A stretch of 64,000 bases of DNA from NCBI RefSeq assembly GCF_001194135.2, contig NC_068981.1, forward strand, positions 134,301,718 through 134,365,717, written 5' to 3'. A model generated the notes under the pieces. That model saw only the letters and a list, made by a program, of their open reading frames with translations. It was not told the DNA's origin and did no database searches. This stretch comes from Octopus bimaculoides. Lineage: Eukaryota. The number at the start of each line of letters is the position of its first letter. Within the stretch, counting starts at the first letter, position 1. Made by a program: the position numbers and the translations under genes. Positions 1 through 12,231 of the stretch are shown here, piece after piece.

Positions 1-229
1 CATGTACTAAACTGATTTTCAGCTTCTTAAACCTTTGCCTCTCCTGTATATCATGTATAATACAGAGGACACATTTCCCTGGCTTTCATGCATCATATAT
101 GAGGCTCATCCCCACTCTTTTTTAACTACCTTGTACATATGCAACAAGGGCTAGCTAAAAGTCTGAAAACAAGCATGGATGTTTAGGCCAAACTTATGAA
201 AATGATTTGGACAGGCAAAGGGTTAAACA

Positions 230-810
230 ACTGAAAGCAACTACCATGTGTAAAATTATTTTTGAATTTTAACTTACACTTCACATCCTTGAACTGGAAT
301 AACTGTGTTACAGCGTCAGTGTTCCAGATATGACTGATATTTTCAAGGGTTTTTAAGATTAGTTAAAAATATGAACCTGGATATAGTTACAACTCACTGT
401 TTTATTCTCTGTGAAGTTCTGATATTAAATGGTGAAGTGTTCACCATGTTTAGAAAACCAAGGGCAAAAAACAGAAATGTTGTATCTCCATACAGTTGTG
501 CAAGTCTGAGGATGCTAACTTCAAATCTATTTTGTACCTCAATAATATAAGGCGATTATCCTGTTGTGAAGTTTTGTCATATCTACATAAACTTAAAAAA
601 CAAATTATGATCTTTTTCTCGAGTAAGAATGAAGTAAAATATTCTAAACTATTGTCTTATGACTATTGTTGTGTAAAACTGGAATGCCTTGCTGGTATAT
701 TTGAGTACAAAAACAAAGTAAATATTAATAAGTAAGGACCAATAGAGAACATATGTACTTCAACTGAAAAAATTGCTTCTCTTTATTTGGGAATGTGCAC
801 AACAGATATG
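230..810 (+). pseudogene. Decayed hAT (Buster/Charlie, ZBED5/SCAND3-like) transposase fragment
   Basis: Reads LNWNNCV...DIVTTHCFILCEVL (380-421; family motif THCFIHREAL). It continues in ORF 496-735 as CKSEDANFKSILYLNNIRRLSCCEVLSYLHKLKKQIMIFF...KLECLAGIF, matching [35 protein letters not shown]. Frameshifts and stops are present. Confidence 0.7.
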
Positions 811-857
811 TTTTCTCTTTCTTACAGGTGAAAAAACATTTTAATTTTGCTTAACTA

Positions 858-1260
858 TAGGCGCAGGAGTGACTGTGTGGTAAGTAGCTTTCTTACCAAC
901 CACATGGTTCTGGGTTCATTCCCACTGCATGGCATCTTGGGCAAGTGTCTTCTGCTATAGCCTCGGGTCGACCAAAGCCTTGTGAGTGGATTTGGTAGAC
1001 GGAAACTGAAAGAAGCCTGTCGTATATATATATATATGTATGTGTGTGTGTATATGTTTGTGTGTCTGTGTTTGTACCCCCCAACATTGCTTGACAACTG
1101 ATGGTGGTGTATTTACGTCCCCGTAACTTAGCGGTTCGGCAAAAGAGACCGATAGAATAAGTACTAGGCTTCTAAAGAATAAGTCCTGGGGTTGATTTGC
1201 TCCACTAAAGGCAGTGCTCCAGCATGACCACAGTCAAATGACTGAAACAAGTAAAAGAGT
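858..1260 (+). mobile_element. SINE-A with tail B (tRNA-like head, (TA)n(TG)n hinge, 3' module ending tgactgaaacaagtaaaagag); low-divergence copy
   Basis: Head ggcgcaggagtgactgtgtggtaag...gggttcattccc...ccttgggcaagtgtcttct. Head and tail recur many times in the window (e.g. 34075-34490, 42931-43150, 61255-61690). Confidence 0.85.
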
Positions 1261-1442
1261 ATAGTGTATGAAAAATCAGTTACTAAGACTCCAGTTACTA
1301 TGGTAACAGTTCTTGCCACATTTAGACACCAAGCATTATGAATGGATAAGAAATCATTTCTTAGAAACTGAAAAAGAAAGCAGTAAAATTTTAGACTTCA
1401 AGAATAAGAACTTGTGGATTGAATAACACTTTCATTCTTACC

Positions 1443-1790
1443 TTTTATCTTTTACTTGTTTAACTCATTAGACTGCTGTCATGCTGGGGCACTGCTTTTA
1501 AGGGTTTAGTCAAACAAATCGACTCTGATACTTATTCTATCAGTCTCATTTATAGAACTGTTAACTTACAGGGATGTAAACAAACCGACACTGGTTGTCA
1601 AGTGGCAGTGGGGGACAAATACAAAGACACACACAAGCATGACAGGCTTCAACACAGTTTCCATCTACCAAACTCTCTCACAAGGTATTTGTCAGTTTTG
1701 GGCTATAGTAGAAGACAACTGTCCAAGGTGTTGTGCAGTGGGACTAAACCAGAAACCATGTGGTTGCAAAGTAAGCTTCTTAACTACACA
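1443..1790 (-). mobile_element. SINE-A with tail B, inverted relative to 858-1260
   Basis: Reverse complement of the same head and tail modules. Confidence 0.8.
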
Positions 1791-2839
1791 ATAATTTCTG
1801 GATTTCCATAAAAAATAAGTGAATATTTGAACTTATCAAAGAAAGCGATCATTGTTTTGCTTTGGTTCTCAATATTTGGCTCCATGTGCATAAACTCTCA
1901 GCCTTTACAAATATAAAAACAAAAACAAAAGAAGGAAAATGGCAACTTGCAATGAACAATGTAGAGGCTGGATGATATTAAAGTGTCTTTGTCAAACATC
2001 TGATGTCAGATTACCAAAATTTAGCAAAACATCAGGGATACAATGTCACCCATGTTCTTTTTTTACTGTTTTATGTTTCTTTAAATTCACCATGACTCAA
2101 CAGGCATAATGTAATAAAGAATATTTTATTGACATAAGCATCACATTATTTTCAGGCATAAAACCCCAGAAACTTCCTTTTTTATCTTTTGTGCTTGCTA
2201 CATTATTTATGGCTGCTATAGAAATGGGGGTTTCAATGCATTTGGCAGAAATAGGAAGAGTTTGATATACAAATAGTACGCTGTAGTACATTGGTTACAT
2301 AGTTAGGTGTGTCACAAAATAATTATGGTTAAGAACTTCTGAGATATAAGATATCATCTAGATTTGGCCTCAACAATATCATTCTACAGTAGCCTTCTCA
2401 CTCTAAAGGGAGCAGGCTTTCTTGAAATTTATAACTTAAAACATGTGCAGAACAAATGACAAATTACTTCAATGAGCAGCCAAACAGTAGCTTTACTACT
2501 AATATTAATTTTAAAATCTTTTGTGTTATCATAAAATGAATTTGCTTCCCAACTATAAATGTTATATTAATACATTTATGTAATTTTCACTTTACACTTA
2601 CACATATATGTACATTGTTTGTTATACACCTGCCAGTCATTTACCATATTCATTTGTATGTACCTGATCTGGTACTTCATGAAATTAGAGGTTTCTTAAA
2701 TTATTTTTATAAACTCCCGTTAATCAGCTCTATTCTAACACTGGTTATATTGTTTAACTCTTTTACAACAAATCCATCCAAGACTGCCCTAGATCTATGA
2801 TATAATTTCCATCAAAACACCAGCTTAATAATGACAACT

Positions 2840-3030
2840 GGTTTTGGTTTGTCTACATTTTCCCATAACTCAGTAATTTGGCAAAAGAGACCAATAGAAT
2901 AGTGGTTTGGTAAAAGAGACCAATAGAATGCTTAAAAACACAGAACTGGAGTCAATTTGTTTGACTAATCCCTTCAAGGTGGTATCTCAGCATGACCACC
3001 ATCCAATGTCAGTAACAAGTAAAAGATAAA
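2840..3030 (+). mobile_element. SINE-A tail B fragment with a short internal duplication
   Basis: ggcaaaagagaccaatagaatag occurs twice; ends aacaagtaaaagataaaag. Confidence 0.65.
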
Positions 3031-3234
3031 AGAAAAGTTCAACGATAAATTGGGTTTAGAGAGCTTAAAATCCAGAATTCAAGAAAAATAGTAATTGACA
3101 TTGACAATAATTAATCCATATGAGAATAGAATAGCTTAATTAGTTCATTTGTTAAGAGGAGTGATGAAATTTATTTTGGACCCTTGTCCTTTTCTGAGAA
3201 TGAGAGATATACTGTATTTTCTGGCATACACGTT

Positions 3235-3450
3235 GATGTAGTATATAGTGTAGATTCCACATAAAAAGCACCCAGTACACTCTGTAAAGTGGCTGGTGTT
3301 AGGAAGGACATCCAGCTATAGAAACCATGTCAAAACAGACATAGAGCCTGAACAGCCCTTCAGCTGGTCAGCTTCTGTCAAACCGTCCAACCCATGCCAG
3401 CATGGAAAACAGATGTTAAATGATGATGATGATGATTATGATAATGATGG
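3235..3450 (+). mobile_element. SINE-V (V-domain-like core, (GAT)n tail)
   Basis: Core ggtgttaggaaggacatccagctatagaaac; 3' end ccaacccatgccagcatggaaaacagatgttaaa(tga)n. Confidence 0.75.
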
Positions 3451-4354
3451 TGTAGTATAAACATTCAAACATTGTCACTATCTTTCCAAATCTTGCTGCA
3501 TTTCACATGGAATTTTTAGTCCTCCAAAGTCATCTTGGTGTATAAGTTAATCTACCATTTTTGGTTGTAAATTTTGGTCTGAAAATTTCAACTTTTATGC
3601 TAAAAAATATGGTAGAAAGAACCCCACATGACAACACCACTTCCTCATCATTTCCTCATTCTTAAGATGAGCAATGGCCTGGAATGTAAGTTTTTTTTTC
3701 ATTCTTCAATGCAATTGAATTTAATGAACCATTCTACTCTTCTGTTCAGTATCTGTATTATTGGCATATTTTAATCTTCAATTATATCTTCTTTTATATG
3801 CAGAACTATTTTTGCTTTCATTGTTGTACAATAAAAACATTAAGTCGCCATTGGTTGTGTAAGTCTATAAAAAGCATTGCACTGATTTATGGTTTTCTCT
3901 TTCTATTTTTAACATGGATCACCCAATTTTCATTTGTTTTCATAATCTTAATCATTAATTTGAATTAATCAATCATATCATGTTGACACCAGGTCTTGCT
4001 GTTATCTCCCAGCGCCATATATTATAGACATCCTTTCATCCCAAACAATCTTGAATTCTTATACATCACACATCAGTCTCCATATTAAATGTACTGACTC
4101 ACTTATCATCCTTTGGTTCAATACAACACAACCTTTAAAATGATGGTAAATGCCATCTTCATTCAGTATAAATAATGTGATGTCACTGTAACTTTAACAG
4201 CTTATAGATGAATTTATTAATTGAATGGTAAAGGACTGGTGGGGTTGTTGTTCTGCTAGCTGATCTTAATTGAGTAGATGTATGATCAAAGGCACTCCAA
4301 CCATGATCATCCAAACTTTTTCAGATGTGTATACTAGACAACACTGATATTTTT

Positions 4355-4553
4355 TATCTCCTACTTGTTTCAGTCATTAGACTATAGCCATACTAGGGCA
4401 TCTACTTGAAGGGTTTAATTGAAGAAATTGACCCTAGTATTTACGTTAAGTCTGGTTATTATTCTATCAATCAGTTTTGATGAACTGCTAAGTCACAGAG
4501 TGTAAATAAACCAACTTTGGTTGCCAAGCAATGGTGGTGGAACAAATACAAAG

Positions 4554-4584
<31 letters not shown>

Positions 4585-4904
4585 TACATATATACATGCA
4601 TAGGGCATGTGGCTTAGTGTTTAGGGTGCTGTACTCACAATCATGAGATCGTAGTTTCAATTCCTAGACCGGGTGGTGCATTGTGTTTTTGAGCAAAACT
4701 TTTAATCTTGCATCGTTCTGTGATCACTTCGACACCTGACACGTGGAACACCATACGCCTATTCAGACAACACCAGTTTGATGGAGGGAGTGAGCTAATG
4801 TGCAGCATGAACATTTGATCACTATAAATAAATCATTTGTGCAGGTCATTCAGAAAATGAATGCTCATATGTTGCCTTTGATAGGAGAGGCCATCACGCA
4901 CGCA

Positions 4905-4976
<72 letters not shown>

Positions 4977-5125
4977 GCTTCCACAAAATTTCCATCTATC
5001 AAATTCACTTACTAGGTATTGACCTGGGGCTATGGTAGGAGACACATGCTCAAGGTGCTATGCAGTGGGACTGAACCCTAAACCACATGGTTACAAAGCA
5101 AGCTTCTTAACCATGCAGCCATGCC
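4355..5125 (-). mobile_element. SINE-A with tail B, carrying a different tRNA-headed SINE (about 4603-4895, +) inside its (CA)n hinge
   Basis: Tail B reverse complement at 4355-4555 and head at 4975-5125. The inner element has A/B-box-like ggcttagtgtttag...gtttcaattcc. Confidence 0.7.
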
Positions 5126-5757
5126 TTTTTTTTTTAAAGATATAACTTGCAGTAAATTTGACTGCTATTTCTAACAGATTGAGTAACCATATAGAGGCCC
5201 CCTCATTGGCTTGTAACAGTATTTTTCTTACAGCATCCTTTCTGAAGTCACTTTATAATTTCTTTATGCTTCCAGTTCTGTCATGCTTATCACATACTGA
5301 AGCCATTGAATTAACACAAAAGTATTCGATAATAGGAAAGTTATCCAGCTATAAAACCATTCTTCCATAATATATGCTCTAATACACAAAGTGTTATTAT
5401 TGTGGGGATTTAAATTCTTCATGGGAATTTGGGCTGGTGCCAAATGTAACCACAGAAAAGTAGATTACTAAAATGGAAAAGAAAAACCTTGACAAAGGAA
5501 AATTCCATAATGGTAATGTTAATAACGATAATTAACGATGATAATATTTTCTAATATTGGCATAGAATCTTAAACTTAAGGAAAACTATTGTGATATTGG
5601 TATTTTGCAATAAATGGATAGAATATATTATAAAGAAGATATTAATGTCTAATTGTAAAGACCAAACTTTAGTAACGATCTGGGTTTTCAGAATCATTAT
5701 ATTCTTATGAAAAATGTGTGTATTGTTGGATATTTTTGTGCATGCATGGCTGTGTGG

Positions 5758-6087
5758 CTGAAGGCACATGTCTTAGTGGTTAGGGTATTTGGCTTATGAT
5801 CATAAGGTCGTGAGTTTGATTCCCAGCAGCATGTCGTGGTCCTTGAGCAAGACACTTTATTTTTCTGTGCTCCTGTTTTTTCATCTGACAAAAATGAGTT
5901 GTATCTGTAATTCTAAGGGCTAATCTTGTCACATCCTGCTTTATACTGTATCACTCCAAGAACTATGTTATGAGTACATGTGTTTATGGAGTACTCAACC
6001 ACTTGCACGTTAACTTCACAAGCAGGGCTGTTCCATTGATCAGATCAACTGGAACCTTCCCTGTTGTAACTGACAGAGTGTAAGTTT
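5758..6087 (+). mobile_element. SINE-R (tRNA head, CORE-like block) inserted into a SINE-A head
   Basis: 11-bp TSD tggctgtgtgg at 5747-5757 and 6088-6098; CORE-like gtccttgagcaagacacttt. Confidence 0.8.
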
Positions 6088-6395
6088 TGGCTGTGTGGTT
6101 AAGAAGTTTGCTTTGCACCCACACAATTTCTGATTTAGGGCTACTGTACAGCACCATGGGCAAATGCTAATCAAAGCCTTGTGAGTGGATTTGGTAGATT
6201 GAAACTGGAAAAAAGCCTGTTGAATATATATGTATGTACATGTATTTGTGGGTAAGTTTGTGCCTTGTCTTGATATTGTGGGTTAATTGTAAACAAATGT
6301 CACTGTTATACAAGTGGTGTTCGTCATTTGCAGTCTTCCATGAAAACATGTCTGGCTATTGTGTTGATTGTGTTTGAAGAACTAGAAGAAATATT

Positions 6396-6618
6396 CTTTT
6401 CTACTCTAGGCACAAGGCCTGAAATTTTTGGGGGAGTGGGCCAGTCAATTAGATCGACCCCCCCCCCCCAGTGCAACTGGTACTTAATTTATCGACCCCG
6501 AAAGGATGAAAGGCAAAGTCGACCTTGGCAGAATTTGAACTCAGAATGTAAAGACAGACAAAGTACTGCTAAGTATTTCACCTGGCATGCTAACGATTCT
6601 GCCAGCTCATCACCTTAA
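6396..6618 (-). mobile_element. SINE-M inserted into tail C of the same SINE-A
   Basis: TSD actaga(a)gaaatatt at 6381-6395 and 6619-6632; core gcctttcatcctttcggggtcgataaattaagtacc. Confidence 0.85.
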
Positions 6619-7719
6619 ACTAGAGAAATATTACTTTATTTGAAAACAGGTGAAAGTTGGCAACAGGAAGAGCATTTTGCTATAAAAATATCCATCTCAG
6701 TGGATTTCATGATGATTATGATGATGATGTTATTTATTATCACAATGATTAAGTCTTTAGATGCCACATTGTTTTCAATAACGTGTAACCTATTCTGGCT
6801 TTCATTTGAAAAACACACAAAAATGATAACAATAAAAACTAATCATTTTAATTTGAATGTTGAAGATGTAATAAGCAAAATAGTTATTTGTTACTTTCCA
6901 TAATTTTTCCATTAATTAAATATACATGTCTGGATTTCACTTGTCGGTTTTCTAGTTATTCACTAAAACTTAAACAGCTTTGTAATTATTAGTGATCATA
7001 GAATTTTGCTGAATGGAGATTCTAATAGCAAACCAGCTGTTTGGTATTATTTGACAATGTTGTCATATAACTATCAAGTAAAAAAGAATTGCTCAGATGT
7101 TTCTGTTTTGGAGCAGTAGCCCCTGACACACACAAATCTTGGAATTTTTTTTATCCAATGGAGTTTCTACTCTTGTAAACAAATTTGTAATTCCATTGTT
7201 CACATGTAAAATTAGTTCCATCAAGCTTGAATTGAGGTATTTTTAACAATATGTAAGTGACCTGTGCATAAAATAATAGCTTTCCCCTTTATATTTCTGC
7301 TTATTGCAGCATTTAGTGAACATTCTTCTATCTGTATAGTGCATGAGAAAGTTATTAATACTGCAGATTCTAACAATGTTCAAGATAATAGTTAGACCAA
7401 TAATAGCAACAACAGTTCACTGGATATCTATGAATGCAGCTTAGCAATAGCAATTCAAAAGAAACATAATGATGTTAGTAATCTATATTTTAATGGGACA
7501 ACCCTTTGATACCAACTTGCATGTTACCATCTCTAGCTCTTTCATATACAAAATTGCATTTTAAAGTGTACATAGATAAATTGAAACCTGCCACTATGAT
7601 TGTGTTTGAGAAATATTTATTTATGTTCTATGCATCATCTTAACGAAAAGTTTATTTTAATAAATCCCTCTCATTTCCTGATTATTTATAAAATTCATTT
7701 GAATATATTATCATTGATT

Positions 7720-7975
7720 TTATGCCCACTTTTTCATGTTTACATGGGTCAAATGGAATTTGGTGAGCCAAATTTTCTATTGCCAAATGCTCTTCCTGTC
7801 ACCAGCCCTCACCTGTCTCCAGGTAAAGTAATATTTCCCCATGACCAGATATGTTTTTGCAGAAGATTGGAAACAAAGGACATCACTTAGATAGTAGTGA
7901 CATTCACTTACAATTACAAAATCAAGACAAGGAGACAGTAACAAACACACTTACACATACCCATACATACACACA
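7720..7975 (-). mobile_element. SINE-A tail C fragment
   Basis: Reverse complement of ggggaaatattac...caggtgagg..ggtgacaggaagagcat module, also seen at 46.6, 49.2 and 53.2 kb. Confidence 0.65.
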
Positions 7976-8254
7976 CATTGATTCTATGCATTCATCTGTC
8001 TTTATCTCATGTGGCTGACAAGATCAATATGAGATAGACAGATCCTGTGGCACTAAAGATACTGAAAGTGACCTCAAACAACAGCTGCAAGAGTTTGATG
8101 ACAGCATCTCCTCTTTTCATGTAGTCTTCTGCATCCAATTTCTAAGTGTTCCACTCCAACATCACACATGGACTTCCTTTTGATTAACAGCACAGCCAGT
8201 AGCTCCAACTGATTGGGAGGGAAACCACATAAAATGAGAGACCACACACACACA

Positions 8255-8412
8255 CACTCTTTGAGTGGTTTGTGTTGGGAAGGGCATCCAGCTGTACAAA
8301 CCAAACCAAATCAGACTGGAATCTACTGCAGCTCTCTGGCCTACCAGTTCCAGTCAAATCATCTAACCCATGCCAACATGGAAAGTGGACATTAAATCAT
8401 GATGATGATGAT
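8255..8412 (+). mobile_element. SINE-V 3' part
   Basis: gttgggaagggcatccagctgtac...catggaaagtggacattaaa(tga)n. Confidence 0.7.
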
Positions 8413-8414
8413 GT

Positions 8415-8448
<34 letters not shown>

Positions 8449-8631
8449 CGAGGGGTTTTGGGTACCCTGAAGACCCACAAGGCAGGTAAGGTTATGTCAG
8501 TGCTACGGAAGGACCACTGTTAGACTCCCAGTTAAATAATAGTATGAGTGAGGAGTCTGATGCAGGTCGAGTATGAACATGTATATGTCAGATAAAATTT
8601 CCCTTTATACTTCTTGTATCTTGTATATTTC

Positions 8632-8860
8632 ATCTTCATCATCATCATCATCATCATTTAACATCTGTTTTCCATGCTAGCATGGGTTAGGTGGTTTAAC
8701 TGGAAATGGTAAACCAAAGAGCTGCACCAGGCTCTGGTCTGTTTTGGCTTGGTTTCTACAGCTGGATACCCTTCCTAATGCCAACCACTCCAAAGGGTGT
8801 ATTGGGTGCTTTTACATGGACTGGCATGGGTGTCTTTTATGTGGCACTGGCACTGGTCAT
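8632..8860 (-). mobile_element. SINE-V, tail-to-tail with 8255-8412
   Basis: (cat)n tail followed by the reverse complement of the V-like core. Confidence 0.7.
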
Positions 8861-8947
8861 GTTAAGATATTTTGAAGAGGCATGAATGTTCATCATATCA
8901 AAATACTGTTTGTTTCTATATTATTACCATTAATACTGTGATGTAAG

Positions 8948-9234
8948 CAGGGCTGTGGTGTTGAAACAAAAAACTTTGACTCTGATTCCGACTCTTCTAC
9001 TATTGGCACCTCTGACTCCTCTTTATGCAATTAAGTGATTGTGGTCTTCATATCTCATAGAGCATATGCATATACTTGCACTTTGAGTAGGCCTATATGT
9101 TATAACTGGTTTATATTAAAGAATAAAGATATTGTGAGTTGGAGTCAGAGTCAATATAGTTTTACCGACTCTGACTACCACCTAATATTTTCCAACTCTG
9201 ACTCCATGACTCTGACTCCGACTCCACATCACTG
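8948..9234. mobile_element. hAT-type MITE
   Basis: Perfect 8-bp TSD gatgtaag (8940-8947, 9235-9242). TIRs cagggctgtggtgt and reverse-complement cagtgatgtggagt. Subterminal (gactcc/gactct)n repeats. Confidence 0.85.
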
Positions 9235-9604
9235 GATGTAAGTGTATAATCATATGCTGTATAAGAGATGGCTTGTCAGATCTTGGCATAGTTGTGAATG
9301 TTTTGTTGTTCACTCCCATTGATATATTAAAGACAGTTTTCTTATAGTATTGTTTAGCCCCAAGTCAACTCTAAATAAGTTGACTTTTATTAAAGACAAT
9401 CTAGCTGCGATCAGCCCAGCTCAGGATTATGACTCTGTTGACCAACATATCCTTCCTTTATCTTAAGGCTGTAGGATGTGATTTGATTGTTATTTCTGGC
9501 AAATCAAATAACTACATAGAGATTCACTCATTGGTTCATGTAATTTGTATTACAGTCACAACTCCTTCAGTTCACACAAATTACTAAGAAGCTTAAACAC
9601 ACTC

Positions 9605-9636
9605 GTGCGCATGCACACACATGCATGCACACACAT

Positions 9637-9700
<64 letters not shown>
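9605..9700. repeat. (CA)n microsatellite
   Basis: Direct reading. Confidence 0.95.
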
Positions 9701-9706
<6 letters not shown>

Positions 9707-9914
9707 TGATAAATCAACAGGAAGTTTATAGTTTTTAACGTTTAAAAATTAAATTTCCTCAAGTTGGATTACATCAAGTTTATAAAATAAGTATGTGTGA
9801 TGTTTCAGGTGACTTTTCATGGAATACATACTTATTTTACAAATTCTATTAGGTGTATTTTGCAAACACAAACCATTCTCTCAAATTTCTTCAGATTTTT
9901 AAAGCTTTTTCTTG

Positions 9915-10241
9915 TATATTCTTTTATTCTTTTGACTGTGGCTATGCGGTAGCACCACTTTGAAGGGTTTATTTCTTAAGCCTAGAACTTATTCTATCGG
10001 TGTCTTTTGCTGAACTGCTAAGTTATGAGGGAGTAAACACATCAACACCAGTTGTCAAGCAGTGATGGGGTGATAAACACAGACACAAAGACGCATAGAC
10101 ATAGATGTATACATATCTATATACATATACATATACATATATATNNNNNNNNNNNNNNNNNNNNNNNNNNNNNNNNNNNNNNNNNNNNNNNNNNNNNNNN
10201 NNNNNNNNNNNNNNNNNNNNNNNNNNNNNNNNNNNNNNNNN

Positions 10242-10276
<35 letters not shown>

Positions 10277-10380
10277 CTGTGTGTGTGTGTGTGTGTATGA
10301 TGGGCTTCTTTCAGTTTCTGTCTACCAAATCCATTCACAAGGTTATAGTAGAAGACACTTGCCCAAGGTGCCATGCAATT
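9915..10380 (-). mobile_element. SINE-A with tail B; hinge contains an N gap
   Basis: Tail B reverse complement, (TA)n, gap 10145-10241, then head fragments. Confidence 0.7.
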
Positions 10381-10924
10381 AGTTTTTGTATTTTAGCTTC
10401 CCTTTTTATCACATGTTTATTTGTGTTAAATAATGCTATCAAAAAGATCCCTCAATACTATACCCAACTCAGTTGTATCTTGTCTTGATGCCCTCATATT
10501 AGCAATGGCACCATGAGAAAAGCATCCAGCACCCTCAGTATTGTGATTGGCTCTAGCTTGTCAGTTCCTGTTTAATGTCCCAATCCATGCTGGCATGGAA
10601 AACGGACATTAAATGATGATGATGATGATAATGGTTAACTATGAAATAAATGTACCAAGTGCCTCTGGAAATTATCAACAGTTTGTTTGTGTTTAAGTAC
10701 TTCTGTAACTAAATGGATTATTATGAAAATTAAGTTCATTGTTCTTATTAGACAAGCTTCAAATTTTCAGATCTTTTTTTTTTAATACCATCTTCATGAT
10801 CTTACCACAAAGATCTAGGACATTTCCATGAAGGAATATAGCATGAATTCACCTTTATTTTTTTTTAATATTACTTTGTTAGAAACCTTTTCTTTTTATG
10901 TTTTTTTTTCTCTGTAATTTGGCT

Positions 10925-11255
10925 GTTCTGGAAGAAGGAGTTGTGTCCATTGCCGTTGCAGGCCTTCCAAGATCAGCAAAATTGATGTGGTTACTATTTC
11001 CCTTGAACTGTTGCATAAAATATGTGCAGGGAAAGAATTCCAGAAAGCTGACAGTTTAATTTATAATAGTGAGTGTAAAGCTTGTTGAGTAGAAGGTGGA
11101 CACAGTATGGATGACAAGAGGGAAGATAACTGCATGAGTGAAGGCTCTGAAGAGCAGAGACCGCTATAGTCATAGAAAAGGTTGAGAGAAATCCATGTGT
11201 GTGCCAGTAGTTGGAGTGTGTTAGTGAACTGTTTGCAAAGTGAAATTCTTAACCA
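10925..11255 (-). mobile_element. CR1/L2-type LINE 3' end, decayed
   Basis: Reads NLFYDYSGLCSSE...HP...FWNSFPAHI, matching the ORF2 C-terminus SLFYRYY.G.CSSEL...HP...LWNSLP. Related copies at 32.2 and 57.2 kb. Confidence 0.65.
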
Positions 11256-11789
11256 CACAGCTATATCTGTATTGTCACTATGTTTGCCAAATGGCTATAA
11301 TTTTTTTTCCATTACTACATGCCTGATTCTAATATTTATTAATTAAAATCTTGATGTAGTCAACCTATTTCAATATTTAAAGATTTCAAGTTGTCACTTC
11401 TGCCTGTCTTGGGTAGATTCATTGTTTACCTATTCTTTGTGCAAGTAGGGTCCTGATTAATTAAAGTTTTCCCCTCACCACATTAACTGTGTTAGTTCTT
11501 ATTTTACTAGTTTTTGTTTATTTTGTTGGACATTTTATTGATTAAGTTGCTTCTTTCAAAAATATTTTACAAAACAAACTGAAACTCCTTCGACATAATC
11601 TTGAGTCCTGATATTGATTGCAAATTTCTCAAAGTTACTATCAATGTAAGTTTTCTTACTATTAAATAAAATCATTGAAAGTTATTGCATCTTAAGATGG
11701 CTATTCAAAAATTTATTAAGATTTTGTTTTTACAAAGCTAGAAATAAAATTCCCTGTCTTTAAAATTGTGCAAGTATCAATTTTTTTTT

Positions 11790-12200
11790 CTCTTTTAGCT
11801 AATGATGCTTCTTGGTATCATAGACACACCAGCTAGTGCTGTCTCAAGGTGTAGCACACTGGGATGTTGCCCAAAGGCTTCATGGGTTTGCTGTCAATAA
11901 ATAAATACAATACAGCCCAGTGTATGCAATATTGTTAAGATGGTCCAACAAGGTCGATTTTGCCTTTCATACTTTTGGGGTCGATAAATTAAGTACCAGT
12001 TGTGTACTGGGGTCGATCTAATCGACTTTCCCCCTGCCCCAAAATTTTGTGCCTTGTGCCTAGAGTAGAAAAGAATTTTGTTAAGATGGTCCTACCAACA
12101 GCTCTCAATTTTAAGGACGCACAAGTGAGAAACAGCTAAGAGTACACAGAGTTGCCTCTCAGAACATCTGACCAAAGTGAATGGCCTGGTCTAGGTGATA
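11790..12200 (-). mobile_element. HERO/NeSL-like restriction-endonuclease LINE 3' remnant
   Basis: SPRPGHSLWSDVLR resembles TLRPDIVLWS. RAVGRTILTILHTLG (joined across the SINE insertion) resembles RGFVG.S...LL..LG. Heavily decayed. Confidence 0.4.
11947..12077 (+). mobile_element. 5'-truncated SINE-M
   Basis: 15-bp TSD ttgttaagatggtcc at 11932-11946 and 12078-12092. Confidence 0.85.
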
Positions 12201-12204
12201 CTGA

Positions 12205-12231
12205 GGGAGGGAGAGAGAGAGAGAGAGAGAG

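Noticed and set aside
811-860. Strong acceptor ttttctctttcttacag
   Set aside because: Lies at the end of the hAT remnant, and no convincing exon follows.
858-960. tRNA genes (also at the other SINE heads)
   Set aside because: A/B-box-like motifs only; each continues into a SINE body with no acceptor stem.
2156-2265. Hydrophobic frame GIKPQKLPFLSFVLATLFMAAIEMG after an acceptor
   Set aside because: Weak donor; hydrophobic frames are common in T-rich DNA.
4800-5045. Poly-HT, VC, YI, His or Asp ORFs in the ORF track (also 13898, 28537, 33175, 46631, 49705)
   Set aside because: Translations of microsatellites and SINE tails.
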